Shown here one piece after another: positions 25,701 to 40,700 of a stretch of 64,000 bases of DNA. This stretch comes from Phoronis australis (lineage: Eukaryota > Animalia > Phoronida), in NCBI GenBank assembly GCA_002633005.1, contig NMRA01000388.1, forward strand, positions 1-64,000. The letters run 5' to 3'. The translations under genes and the position numbers were made by a program. Position 1 is the first letter of the stretch. Each line of letters begins with the position of its first letter. A model generated the notes under the pieces. That model saw only the letters and a list, made by a program, of their open reading frames with translations. It did not search any database and was not told where the DNA came from.

Positions 25701-28700
25701 CAATTTGGATTCTATCAAATCTAAGAACGAAGGACCAAGTTGTAGCGAATCATTCATGTACTTGAAGTACTTTACAGGGGACCCTGTTACCTCCAGTAGT
25801 TTGGCTAGAAGACCTTGGTCCTGTAACAACAGTTTGTCAGAACACTGTGTATCCACACTTAATTTTGGTGATTCAACAAATTTTCCGTTTCTAGTGGACC
25901 TTCCAAAAGAACAAAATGTCATCCAGCTTAAAGGGGAATTCAATATTTTTGGCATTATCTATCTAAAAACACAAATCTCCAGTCGTTTTAGAGACCCATT
26001 TTCATTTGAATTACTATTTTCCTGGTCCTAAAATATACATGAAACAATGGTAAAACCATGAAGTTGTCCCAACAATGAGTTGCCCACATCTTGCCTCTTT
26101 ATTAACTTACAAACACAAAGTTTGTGTTTGATAGTGAGTCAGTCACTGTGTTGACTCGGTGAAAGCGAATGACAAATATGCATGGAAACTCAAGCTTGGA
26201 CGTGCTATGTTAGTTTACTATAGATACATCCACAGTTAATATCATGGACCCCAAGGGATGTACTTTTAGAAAGAAGAAGATAACATCAAACCACTGGCTT
26301 CCACTTTAAAAGTTTTCATTTGGTTTATGAAGTTAATGCTTTGTAATGCACTCAAGCTTACCTTAAATATCGCCTGGTGTTGTTCTGAGCTGTATAGACG
26401 GCCATCTTTCACTATGTCTTCAATAAGATTTTGATACTCCTCTGGAACCAGAAAATTTGAATTACATTTCTTATTTTTTGACATTTAATTTTGTAAATAT
26501 ACTTGCTATTGTAAGAGTGACATTGACAGATGACCAACCATGACTATTTAATAACACTGCAACAAAAAGATGACTGCAAATCTGTTCACAGAAATTGATC
26601 TATTGTATGACACAAGACTAAAGAATATCTATAGGGAAACGATGGGTTCACACCCAAATCTACAGTCAAAGTGCCTGAATTGGTCGCCGAGATCTCATCT
26701 TCTGAGAAGGAGATTCTAATCGTTCAGTCTATGAAATCCTGGTGACACCTATGATCTGCTGCTTGTGTGAAAATGCAGGCTGCAATTAATCAATGGAAAT
26801 ATTCAGATAAATAGTCTTTTTGGCAATAATGACAACCCAGTTTAATCATAGAATGAAAGAAAATCATTGAGCACAATGTGAGATGGCAATTTTCTTCCTT
26901 TTTATGATGAAACGCAAAATTCTTGCATGCAGTAACTTGGTACTTACCATCATATAAAACATATGGGATAGAAAATCCTTTGGCTGTGTTTTTCCCGTCA
27001 GATTTGAAAGTTATGTACAAGTTCCTGGAGCGAGCCACAAAGGCAATTGGTCTATCTGTTGACTCACAAGTCTCGTATGTCACCACTGAGTATTTTGAAG
27101 CTTAAAAAGAAAAGCAACACCAAAGTTGAATTCAGCAATGCCAAAATTGGCGGGCACAACATGTAAAATTATTTTTGTAGTCAGTGGTATCGCTGACATC
27201 TGTCTGTATCCCTTAAGTCCCATTAAGCAGAAGAAGTCAGTCACAAAACATTACAGCGTTTTCCCGTTGCTCCCAACTTGTTCGATTCTATAGCCCAACA
27301 ACAAGCTGGGAAGTTTACCCCTGTAGCCAATATCTTACACGAGTGATTAACTCCATTCTGGCATTCATGGTTGGAAGGCCAGCTCTCTTTTGTTCGATAA
27401 TTGCTCTAATCTTCAAAAAGATCTTATCTAGTCTGACTGGGCTGTGCTGTTAAAAATAAAAGTTAAGTTATAACGTATTTGAACATAAATTAATAGCATT
27501 CCTGAAATCCACGTCTAATGGTAATCATGTTTAGTTTTTGAATCGACAAAATCGCCCAAATGCAACCGAAGTTACGATAATCTATTCTTTCTGAATGTAC
27601 CAATTCGCTCTGGGAGGGTGCTCACATGTGGTCTGTAATAAGCATGGAAGATAATTGGCCTGCCTGTTCTGATAACAGACAAAAGATTTTGCTTAGCAGC
27701 TAACAAAGAAGCTAGATGTTATCACAAGTTAAGAACCCCTTTGTCTGGTAAAGTCACTGAATGGTAAAATGCTGTCATTAGTCCAGGAGCTGAGGTGAGA
27801 AGTATGCAGAGTTGATGGTTGAGAAGTAGCGCTTCAGAAACTGGCTGCTGAGTGAAGAGAACTTCTCTCATGTGGCATGAAGAATTTCCACTAATATACT
27901 ACACTATATGAAGACTTAAGTGACAGCACCTGCAGCAAATTTATCTGCCGGAAACGTGTATTAGTCAAATTCTGCGACATCTTGACCTTGCCTTTGTATG
28001 TGGCTCACTTGGCTGTATTGCATGTACGTAAATACTACTTACGCGCCTTCCGCATAATTAGCTGGTCACCGCATAAATCCTTGGATTCTAGGAATATCTC
28101 AGGAATAACAACAAGAATACGACGACCTTTTCCTGGCTCAATCCTCCACTTGCAATCAACATTGTTAGGATAGTTGCCTGGGTAATTTGGACTTTGAATA
28201 AAGCCTTGAAAACCTTTAAGAAATCCGCCACATTTTGTATCTGCAATAGAATACAACAAGGGTCAGAACCTTGGTTTTGACCTGTCCACAACTTAAGCTC
28301 AAATTGACGACTTTCAAATTACATTCCAGCATCAAATCATTGCTTTAAGTGAAAAACATCACAGCATAAAAGTAACTTTCACACAAAAGATAAGGATGGC
28401 ACAAATATTGATAGTAAACAATAGGCAGCTACCTTTGCAGTAGGAGGTATTAAGAGCACCCTCTTCATCTGTAGTTGTCTCCCCTGGGCAGTCTATACAG
28501 TAGTCAAGGCCTGGCAGTGACTGGTAGGTTCCGTGAGGACAAGAAGCACATCTACGCAAGCTCTTATCATAAAATTGTCCTGGCTTGCAGCTTTCTGCCG
28601 AGCAATGAAATCAAAAGCACAATTAATGTCTTTCACGTAATTTCTTTGTAAATCAGTAAACTACAAGGAATATTTATGTGTAAGTCGCATTAGATAAAGA

Positions 28701-31700
28701 CATTTTTACAAAAATCATTTGAAAAGAAATATGCACAAGATTTCAAACTGAAGAAAATCAAAATATGAGAGGTTACAGATCTTTTGTCACGTTCAATACT
28801 GAAATTTTTTAAAATAAATACAGAACGGTACGATGTAAACATTAACAAATGGCCATGATAATTTGAAAATATATTTATACTGAGTGCTGATTCTGCAATG
28901 AGTCGAAAACTTCTCTAACTTCCGAGGTTCAACAATCTGAAAATAACACCAAGCTCTACTACAATCACACGTCTACTTAAACAAGTAGGTCAATTCGTCT
29001 TATTTGATGACTTGATTTTTTGTGATTCGCAAAAGTAACCTAACATTCGACGATAACCATGGAGTGGAACTGGATGTCCCAAATAGCCACACAGAAGAAG
29101 CAGCACTCAATATAGCTTTTAATTATCCTTCGTCTATTAAAAAACCTCTCAAGCAGCCCAGTGAAGTATCACAATTCCACAACGGCATGTCTACCTTGCA
29201 CTGCGCAGTCCTGGAAGCTTTTTGCTGCTGGAACTCTGGTGGAGACTCGTGGACCACAAGAAATACAGTGTGTCCTCCCATACTCAGGCTGGTACTGGCC
29301 CCGAGGACATGGCATGCATTCCTCAAATCCATCAGAGGAGTAGTATCCAGGCCTGCACCGACCTGAAAAAACAACATCACTGGTTCAGATTAAGTAATGT
29401 ACGCGTGCTATGACAAGGGTGAGGGGTCAGGTTAAACATCAACAATTCCCAGGCAACACCAGCCTAGGTACCATATGCTTTCTGTTGTTAGGATGGAAGA
29501 GTGGAGTGCACGCCCATCCAATGTTATTTCAAAAATGAAGTCAGCAGACAGCGTTTCCTCAACATACTTAGGGCTTGAAGGGAGTCACTATTGGCTCAGA
29601 ATATTGCAGACTCCTTGTAATGATCATGGGTGTCCCTCACACACGATAGGCCTTTTGAAATTGACATACAATGTCAGTGAAAGCAGTTCTTTGTGAACCC
29701 TGCTCTAATGAATCTGTCCCAGTTGGACTGTGTAACTAAACACCCCTCATGATGCTGACGGACTTTCTCGCTCTGGGTTGTCCGACAAAGTCCACTGAGA
29801 CAAAGACGCCGAGTAATTCTGGAAAGCATGCAGTAACCTGGAGTCTTCCTAAAAAGCCAGATTTTGCAAGCTATGTCGCCGCGTGTTTTTGACGGGACCA
29901 AGTGATTTGGATGAATTTCTCGCCATGAGTTAGTTATTGAACGATCCCCATAAATACCATGTGACAAATCTATGGCTTTGTCATTAATAACACGCACTCC
30001 CCACTGGCAACTGAACTGTTACTGCGTATTGTTAGGATGCAAATAGAAAGCTGTTGCACCCGCATTCGCAATTTTTTGTGGCCACAAAATTCGACATCTG
30101 ACCACGCACTCGGAGGGCACAAGGGTGACTCGCTAATACTTGCTTCCCGCCGTTTCGCACACTCTCGACATTGTAGCTGTTTCTGTCTACTCACTGTTTG
30201 CTGTACAATTTTAAAGTTAATCATGTTTCAAAATAAGAATAGAAGTGGCAATTGGTTGTCGAATCCCTAATGCGGTACAGCACAACGACATCTTGTGTTT
30301 TTTACGATGAAGCTTTAAAGTTAGTACAGTGGAATGTTAGTCCTGTCAAGTGACAAAGGTGGCACTTTGGTAGGGTAGGTTGTCACGCTGATCTAAAATA
30401 TTTTCCGACCACAAACTAGCCGAGTCCAGACTAATTACCTTAATGTGAAAGCAGCTTATTATTTTGTTTCCTATTTATGCTGACCCATAATTGTTTATAG
30501 ATGAATGGCTAGTTTTTTTTAACTGATCAATACTTAATTGCCTGATAGTGCTCAACAGGAAGTGGGTATTAGGATCAGCCTGATAAGCAGTGGTGTACAG
30601 GATTCAAGTCACCCCATAGTGTTGCTCAGGCAGGTTAAACAGGACATATTAACAAAGTAACAGCAGTTGCAACGAGCGCACTAGTCTCAACTGTTGCAGT
30701 TCTCAATTACAATTTTTGCCAACCCATCCCTGTTCCCCAACCCAATCAAAGGAAGCTGGTCATAAAAAGCCACGCGCTGTGGTAAGTGCATAGTGTTATC
30801 TCAACATGCAAGAAGCATTCATAGTTGTTAGTTGGGAAATGCCAGGTATAGTACTTAATGATCCTGCAGTATAGACTAACAAATGACTTATCTTTACCTT
30901 AAAATTCCAGAAGACTAGCTATCAGTTTGTTTTTATTCACACCACAATGAAATATAATGCAGAAAGGACGATGAAGTTTCGCCATAAGTTAAGTTTAGTA
31001 CTTTTTACCAAAACAGACAACCAATCAGAAAATGTTAAAAGCTCATTATCTCATCATCAGCTCAAGCAATCTAACTCAGTGCTGTCTTGTGATGCATATT
31101 TGATGATGACCTCTAATCCACACACATGCCTTACAGGGAGCTATTTTCAGTATCATGAACAGGATTGAATTGCTGATAGGAACGTTTATCTCAACAACAC
31201 AATGGCTACATACAGACACACACGCAAACCCACATGCACACACACACACATATAGTAGTCCGCTGAATTCAAAGGCCAGCACCCAAAATATGTGTAATCC
31301 ATGCACTCAGTGACAGAAATGCAGTCATTTTAACACAGACTGCATGCCATGTAAAACAGAAGTAGCATTTCAAGTTCTATGCAGCAGACATCACATCACA
31401 ATACTTTGAAAAATGAAAAAATGCTTGGCTTAACTGTAGTCAACGTCCGTGTTTGTGTTGCGAGTACCTACCTCCGCACTGAGACAAGTTCCGAGCCCCC
31501 TCTATGCCAGTCCCATCAGGACCAGGGCAGGGTCGGCAGGTCTCTTGTCCCTCCTTGTCTTGATATGTACCCACAGCACAGTCCATACACGTGGCTGATC
31601 CCCGGTCATAGTAAGTACCAACACTGCAGGCAACTGTAGAAAGATGAGATAGTACACATAAATTGCAATGACATCTTGGGCCACACTGAAGGTTTCCGAT

Positions 31701-34700
31701 GTACCTTGAATGCTTTGGAAACCCTAATAATTTTCAAAAAAATATGGACTCAAAAAACACCGAGGACACACTTTTAAAACACAAGCCAGAATAATGCAGA
31801 GATACTTTTTGTATAAAACGTCTACTAGGCACAGTTTTGTGGTAGACCGACTCAAGGGTCTGCAGGCCATTGAAGGACTGTCTGTCAAGACAAAATTGTG
31901 CCATTTTTTGAAATTCTTGAGTGCTTCAAATTCCGAAATTCTGATCAACGCATCTCACTAATTCACTAAGAGTACTTCCACCAGCAGCCACCAGATGTCA
32001 CTCACCACATCGATCTTTCACTAGCACCTCACCAACATGACAGGTTAACATCAGAACGCTGGATGGCTTGAACGACTTTTTGCTTACTTCATAGTCTTTG
32101 TCATAAATCCTGAAGAACAGAGAAAGTAATCTATGTTCTCTCATACCACACATCTATCAATCAGTAACGTCTGCCATACTCGCTACACCACATTTGAGTG
32201 TCATCTCTCCAAAGAATGCAATGAATGAGGGAGCACTTCTTGCTTCTTGAGCAGTACCAGTAATCCTACCTGAGGCTTGTTGAGCCAAAATACTAGGTGG
32301 CTCGTGTGCCTAAAAGTATCCCATAACAGAGCTCTTATCTGAATGATCCGAATAACCCCCATGAATACAGTCAATTTTGATTAATGTCACAAATGAGAAT
32401 GTACAACTGCACCTGCAAATTATAACAAGCAGACATAAAAACAGACTCAATAAGTCGGCCAAAAAGGATGGTTCCATTTTTGAACACCAGAAGGAGTGCT
32501 AGTCAACCTTTTTAATACATAAAATGACCATCCAGATCAAGTCAAATTAATTAGCCTGAGTTAATTGTTAACGAACCACTAGTTCTCAATAAGTCCAGAA
32601 AACACTTGTAATCTGAGACAGAACACACTGTGGCTCACCTCACATGGAACTTCTCCTTGTTGATAGATTTCCGAAGCATCCTTAAGGTCTTCTTAATTCG
32701 TCTCTCCGTCTTCTTCCGAACACACGAGACATCACAATGGCCTGGACAGAGACATGCATGGTTTCAGCTTACCGACAAGCGCATTGAGGGATATTCGACA
32801 AACACATTGCCAAAAGTGTCCTTTTCTATTTTCATTCGGCCTCTAACATTGGTGCAATGCCCACAGTTTTGCAAATATTTTGTCATTTGAAAGCTACATT
32901 GCACAAGATTAAAATGGCAACACAAGATTAAAATGGCCATACATTCTGATGGGCATGAGCTGTCTCAAACATCTCTTGTGGTGATTTTCCTATGCTTATC
33001 TTTCAACAGACTGTATTTTTAATCATTTTCATGTTTACATCATTGATAAAAGACTACTTTCACCAACTCAACTCTCCTTTTTATCTCTGGAAACAGAGCT
33101 TCACTGATGCACGTTCTGTGTTGCATACGGACATATGCCGAACATAAAAATCTCTTTTAAAAATGGACCAATGAAATTAAAAAATTCCCTCCACCATCAT
33201 GTTATTTCCTAAACTGGTTTGACTTCACCATTATCTGTATTAGGAATTCCTGAGGACATGACAATATGTACTTAAATCCATTGGCATACGTTTGAAGATT
33301 TTTGCAAGGAGGTTCATTTTGGAAGAATTACCATGGGCTTATACTTATAGCATTAGAAAATGTAATACGGCTAGTATGACTCCAACACATTAAATATATT
33401 TTTTCTAAACAGCTTCTCAATGACAGAACAAATGCACACTGGGTCAATACACACTTGACAGTTAGTACATTAGTTATCATGACCTTACAGAGCCCCCTGA
33501 CACAGTATATTGATATTTGATATCAATATCAATATATTTGATATTGTGATTTAACTTGGCTTACTGTCAGTGAACAGAAGTCAAGTATACAGCCGCAGGA
33601 CACGAATCTCAAAATTAAACAGAGTAATCAATGATTATATTCTTTGCACCAGTGCTAGCAAACACATGGGCTTAAATGATAAAACCACCAAAGTGTGTAA
33701 ATAGAGACCCTGTCTGTGTGATTAACACCTTAATGGAAATTATAATCTCTAAACAGATTTTATTGCTAAATTTTACTAAATTCACATGCTCGCAATTAAT
33801 AACAGATTAGTAAAAAGCCATACACCAAATTCTACAGTCTTCTACTCTCAGAAAGTACATGCTTTGCTGAATCAACACCAAATTCTACAGTCTTCTACTC
33901 TCAGAAAGTACATGCTTTGCTGAATCAACACCAAATTCTACAGTCTTCTACTCTCAGAAAGTACATACTTTTGCTAAATCAAAACCTACAGTTTTCCATA
34001 AAATTTGCTAAATACACATACTCGTTCATAGGGCCCTACATAACCTTAGCAACAAAGGTATGTAGTAACTATATAGAACTATTAACAAGCTACAGACATT
34101 ACCTTTTCCTGCTGGATTTTTGGGTCTCATTTGCAGCTCAAACTCAGCAGTCATTATGAACTTCTGATCTCTCAACTTCAACCGTCTCATCTTCCTCCGT
34201 CCAGAGCCACAGTAAATGTCGACACCGTTGACGTCGCAAAGTTTCTCCGTACAACGGTACTTGCTGTGACCTGATTTTCAAAATCATGAAAACTGACTTT
34301 TAGCTGTTTTTTTTCAGGATACTGGACACAAAAAAATGTTGGTGACCAACAATTTTAAAACGAAACATGTGAAAATAAAAGTACTGTCGGTAAAAAATAT
34401 TTGTTTTAACCGCTCTCCCAGCCTTTACAATTAGGCACATAAAATGAACCTTCAGTCACTAGCCTGGTCTACGACCAGCTTACAACCAAAATAAATGAAG
34501 TCGTATTCTTGTTTTGCTTTACTCATTAAATTTTGAGTGAATTTTGGCAGGCACAGACGTGTTCTAAGAATGTCCAAGCTATCATAACACCTCAATTAAA
34601 TGAGCTAAGGACCGACAGGAATCTTTCTCAGATGCATTGTGCTTTCGAGATCCTACATAGAATTACCTTCATGTGACAGGGCTCATAAAACAGGGCACAA

Positions 34701-37700
34701 TTCCAGCCAGGATTCCTTTGAATCCAAGGTAAAAAGACCCAGGTGACACTGAATTACTTTACAATTTTGTAAAAATTCAATTGAAAATAATTGGGCAAAA
34801 TTGTTATTTTTAAACATTTTCCAAAAGTTCACTGCATCGACCCAAAGTACTCTAAATTTCACCATGACAACTGCGCAGTGGTAACTCTACTAGTAATGGA
34901 GTAAAATTGTGTGGTAAGTTTTTGTTTATTGTTTGATGAATTTGACAACATAATTCTCATAGTTCTGCTGTATTGTGTTCAAAATATAAAGAGTTTTACT
35001 AAAGGCAAATTTTTCTATCTCAAATTTGCATAAGACAGCTACGTTTCACCATTTTTTAGTTATTATACCAAAGTACTACTAAAGCTGTTTTACCTGTGAG
35101 AATTTTCTTCAGATTTATCTGAAAATTATCCAAAACGTGCGTTTTGTTCATTCCATTGTGATACTGGCACTGTGAAGTAATGAACACAAACTGAGCCTTC
35201 CTCCGAAACGCTGGCGCTCGAACTGAGTCTAAAAGTAGAAAGCAAAAGAAAACTTTAATTCGCCGCTTCACCATTGCTTGCAAAGGTTAAATTCGCCACA
35301 TCATTGTTGTTTGCAATGCAGGAGTGAGGAATCTTTAACACAAAAAACAATAAAATCTGCACAAAACAGACATTTGCCAGCAACAGGTTAACCATGATGC
35401 TGCCTGGTTGTACTGTAAATTCCAATGCAAATTTACTGGTGCATATCTTGAACACTTGGATACTGTAACTACATGGCATCAGGGCAATTGATCTCAACTA
35501 AAGAAATCCTTTAATCTAAATCAGAATGGTCAACTGAATGAGAACTTGTACTACATGAGCTCTCTGCACTGTCTCCATTCCAGCATAGGAGTTAAGCTTG
35601 ACTACGTTCCCAAATTACCTGAACAGCTAGGAAGTGTTTGTAAGGCTTCGCTCTGATGCTCTGGTTTCCACATGTAGCTGGTGTGGGCACCACATTCTGT
35701 GGTGTAGGATGGCGGTTGTGACACAAAATGCGCCTGGTTGATACACGACACTGTACACCGCTGCACGCCTCTCGAGACCACACAGGATAAAGTGGCTTTA
35801 GCAGGGGTCTTCAGGGGTTGGCACTTCCTGTCAATGACTGTGCACCAGAAATAAACACATTTTGATTATTTACTTTAAGGTAAAAGTCAAGATGAAACTG
35901 AATTTAGTTTTTATTGGCTACACTGATGTTTACATTTACAGACAGGCATGCCAGCTTCGATAAGGCTTTGCTTTAAAACAATCAATAACCAACAGCCACC
36001 ATCTCACAAACAAGAAGTCCCAGAAATAAGCACTGAGTGACATTACAGACTTCATACAATATGAACTATTGGACAAGAAAAAATTACTAGGAGTATGAAA
36101 TCACTACATCTTTAGATGGGTTACTTACTTTCACAGTCTTTTTTATTTGGAAGCAGTCGGTATCCATGGCGACAATAACAGGAGAAGCTGCCATTTGTAT
36201 TCTTGCAACTGTGCTGGCATCCACCATTGTTGATGGAACACTCATTGACGTCTGAAAAACATATGGCATCTTAATGTAAACTATGACTTGGAAGACACAA
36301 CTGTTTGCAAACATAATCTCCTTTCAGTGATAAATCTCGGGAACTGTGTGTGTTCATGTTAATTAGATTCCTCAAATCACATTTCTCAGTTTATGGTATA
36401 TCCCTGTGCTTTAATGCTAACACACTCAGAGATATTAGATGTTTTGTGGCCACTTAGAGCCATAGATGATGCCTTCATGTCTAAAATGTAACTTTCCAAT
36501 GTTTTTACAAACTCTGAAAACAAAGACTTATGACCGGTGGTACGTCAGTTTACAGATAGAGTCTGTATAACGAGCAACGTCGAGCGTTGAAATGCGCCCA
36601 CAAATGCGTCGCAAACGGTGTGCTTTTAGGATTTATTTTTACCATAAAAATGGTCACTAGATGGCGTAAAAATGTACAATCCATCCAAAAACAGGAACAT
36701 GTCGTTGCTTCTTTAATAGAAAACTATTCACCATATTTCATAAAAATCTGTCTAGGAACTTCAGAGAAACAAAGAAAACGTAATAAAATGAAATTGCCAC
36801 TAGGGGATACAGCATTTGTTGGATCTGACTGAAAGTCGTTGTCGTCCCTTGTTAGCTTCATATAAATACACTTACTAAATTTAATATAAAGATCCTGCAG
36901 TGAGTTTAGGAGAAACAGCTATGGGCGCAAAACAAAACAAAACTACCACTAGGAGGCGCCACAGAAGTCAAAGTCACCATCATCAAATGTCCTCTTCACA
37001 CTGAGAACATATACGCCAATTTTTAAAACCAACCCTAAAATGATTTGGTTGATAGAGGGATGGATGCCACAAAACAGACTCAAAAACAGCAAAAATGGCC
37101 ACTAGGTGGCGCAACATACCTCTATTCCATCCGAAAACAGGAGGATACCATCATCTCACCAAAACTTTATAAAAATCTGTGGAGAACCTTTGAAGACACA
37201 GACTGGTAAACGTAAAAAACTAAAATTGCCACTAGGGGGCACACAAGTAGTCAGATCCATCTGAAAGTCGTCGTCGTTTGTTGTCAACATCACATAAATA
37301 GACTTGCTAAATCTAGGAAAGATCCTGAAAATGGTTTAGGAGATACAGCCATGCGCGCAAAAAAAACAAAACTGCCACTAGGAGGAACCACAGTAGTCAT
37401 TGTCAGACGTCCTCTTCATAGAACATACACGCCAATTATCCTGATAGCAGTTTGGTTGATAGACGGGTGGATGCCAAAAAAACAGACTCGAAAACAGTAA
37501 AAATGGCCACTAGGTGGCACAAACTACGTTGAATTCATCCAACAACGGGAGGACAGCATCATCCTACTAATAGGTGCCTATATACCAAATTCTATGAAAA
37601 TGCGTTGAGGACTTTTGAAGATACGGTAAACGTAAAAAAATAAAATTGCCACTAGGGGGCACACCGGTAGTCGGATCCGTCCAAAAGTTAGCTCATGCCG

Positions 37701-40700
37701 TCCCATCCACGAAAGGAACACATGCAAAATTTCATGAACATATGTCAAGGGGTTTTGGAGATAGAGCACTGGACGTTGGACAGGCGAAGATGACGGCATA
37801 ATGCGTCCACATATCAATACGTGGGTGCATAAAAAACAAGTAATGTCTTGGCATTTTAGTGAAACAGGCCCTGGCCTCTTTAGATTAAAAGTAATTTCTT
37901 GGCAACTCATACTTTGTACACCAACAGCAGTATGTCTGGTAGTCAAGTGGGGAAAGGTTGGTTCCATGACCAAACACTAGACGGAGTGACAAGTTATTGC
38001 CCATCTACTTTGACCAAGATGTTCACTTTTATAATAATATCCCCATGGCAACAGATTAATTTCACCTACATGACAGGAAAGCGTGAAACATCAAAAAAAT
38101 AAATTGCACCAGACTAATAATGATTTCCTACACATTTACTAATTTCATTGAAAACACATTTAAACTTTTTGTATGATAGCTTGATACAGTCACTCGTAGT
38201 GTTGAAATTCCAGCTGCTCACCAGAAGGAAGGGGATTGGTTTTCAACACAACGAACAACTCTATATTAAGCTTTCAAATAAAAGGTTTAGTCGTGTTTTC
38301 AATGAAGTTTGTGATAACGAAGGGCTGCTCATTTACTCTTTTGTATAATTCTTATTTTTGTAACTTGGACCACAATGAAAATAATTTCCAGTCATTCCTC
38401 GGCAACAGTCACTTACAGGAGTCTGCAGGATTTTGAGAACTGGTTTTCTTTACTGAACAACAGACATTAGACTAGTTCTGAGCTTCTGGGCCCCTGTAAG
38501 TGACTTCCTCATATTTCTGTATTATCCAAGCCATTCTTCACTATACCTTTACTGTCTTGTGTTGTGTTCTATGTGTGCAATGCGCTAATTGCGAATGTTG
38601 ATGTCATGATGGCTGAACCAAGAACATGAACATTTCATAAACTCTGTGCATCGGCACGTCTGACTTGATACGTACCTCCACAGTGAGTGACGCCATATTG
38701 TTCATAGCCTTTCTTACATCTACACTCGTAGCTACCTGGAGTGTTCACACAAATCTGATCACACGTAGAGTTCATGGAACACTCATCAATGTCTGGAAAT
38801 GAACAAAAAATGATGACCATAAAACAGCAGTCATCAAAATCGTACAGGAAGACCCCTCAAACGTCAGGGGATCGGCAAAGTGGAAAATCAAAAATGGACG
38901 CCAAAGCGACAGTTAATTGCATCCAATTTCAATAGGGTTTGAGCTACAGACAAAACACATGTTGCGTTGTGAATTTCATGTTGATGAGCAAAGAAATGAG
39001 ACAGTTACAGTACAAACAAAGCAACAAAAAAATTATGACAAAGCAACAAACTTGGTGAAAATTCTTGTCAAGCAAAAATACGCTCACATAAATCTAATCG
39101 CATGTTGTAATATGCTGGAAAAAACAGTTCATGGAACATTGTTCGGCACAAACCATTAGGCCACCATGATGCTAAATTGAGACCATTATCACTAGTTGCG
39201 ATTTAGTCACACACTGTGCAGCAGATTGGGCTGCCTCTTCAATGAAAATAAAAGTGCAATACCAGACTGCAAGACATTTAGTTTGAATTCCATGAACAAG
39301 AGCAATGCGGAGCATTGAAATGCGCCCACGAATGCATCGCAAATGGTGTGCTTTTAGGGTTATTTGTTTGTATCATAAAAATAGCTACAAAACGTACAAT
39401 CCATCCAAAAAAATGGGAACATGCCATATTTCATAAAAATCTGTCAAGGAACTTCAGAGAAACAATGGAAAACAGAATAAAATGAAATTGCCACTAGTGG
39501 GCACAGAATGCGTTGGATCCGCCTGAAAGTCGTCGTGCTCTGTTGTTATTATATCTTAATACAGCTATGGGCGCGAAACAAAACAAAACTACTACTAGGA
39601 GGCGCCACAGTAGATAGTCGCCATCATCAAACGTCCTCTTCACACTGAGAACATTTCAATTTTCAAAACCATCCCTTGAAGGATTTGGTTGACAGAGGGG
39701 TGGACGCCAAAACCAGGGTTTGAAAACAGCAAAAATGGCCACTATGTGGCGCAAAATACCTTGATTCCATCCCAAAACATCTCTTCAATAGATGCCTATA
39801 TTCAAATTTTATGAAAATCTGTTGAGGACCTTTGAAGATAGAGGTAAACGCAAAAAACTAAAATTACCACTAGGGAGCACACCAATGGTCAAATCTGTCT
39901 GAAAGTCGTCGTTGTCCATTGTCAACACCATAGAAATACCCTTGCTAAATTAAGTAAAGATCCTGCAAACTGTTTAAGAAATACAGTCATGAGCATAAAA
40001 AAAACCTGCCAACAGGAGGCACCGCAGTAGAAGTCGTCGGAAAATCATCGTCAGCCGTCCACTTCATAGTTAAAACATACATGCCAATTTTCACAATTAT
40101 CCTGAAAGCGGTTTGGTTGATAGACAAGTGGACGCCAAAAAACAGACTTGGAAACAGTACAAATGGTCACTAGGTGGCGCAAACTAGGTCGAATCCATCT
40201 GAACTTGGGGAGATAGTGTCATATCATTAAAAGATGCCTGTATGCCAAATTTTATGAAAATACGTTGAGGACCTTTGAAGATACAGAGGTAAACGTAAAA
40301 AAAATAAAATTGTCACTAGGTTGCACACCAGTAGTCAGATCTATCCTAAAGTCATTGTCCTGCGTTACTAATATCATATAAATACACTTACTAAATTTAG
40401 TAAAGATCCTGCAAATAGTTTAGGAGATACAGCCATAGGCGCGAAAAAAAATTGCCACTAGGAGGCGCCACAGTAGTTGAAGTCGTTGGAAAACCATCGT
40501 CAGCCATACACTTCATAGTAAGAACATACATGACAATTTTCGCAATATCCTTCGAGCGGTTTGGTTTATGGAGGGACGGACGCAAAAAACAGACTCGTAA
40601 ACAACAAAAATGGCCACTAGGTGGTACAAAATACCTTGAATCCATCCGAAAACAAAAGCATAGCGTCACCTCATGGCCTATGTGCCAAATTTCATGAAAA

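Noticed and set aside
25959-26027. Possible fourth SCUBE last exon (ttttag|[22 protein letters not shown])
   Set aside because: It has a phase-0 acceptor and a DQ start like T1, but is only 22 aa with no convincing homology; it may be chance or a very decayed relic.
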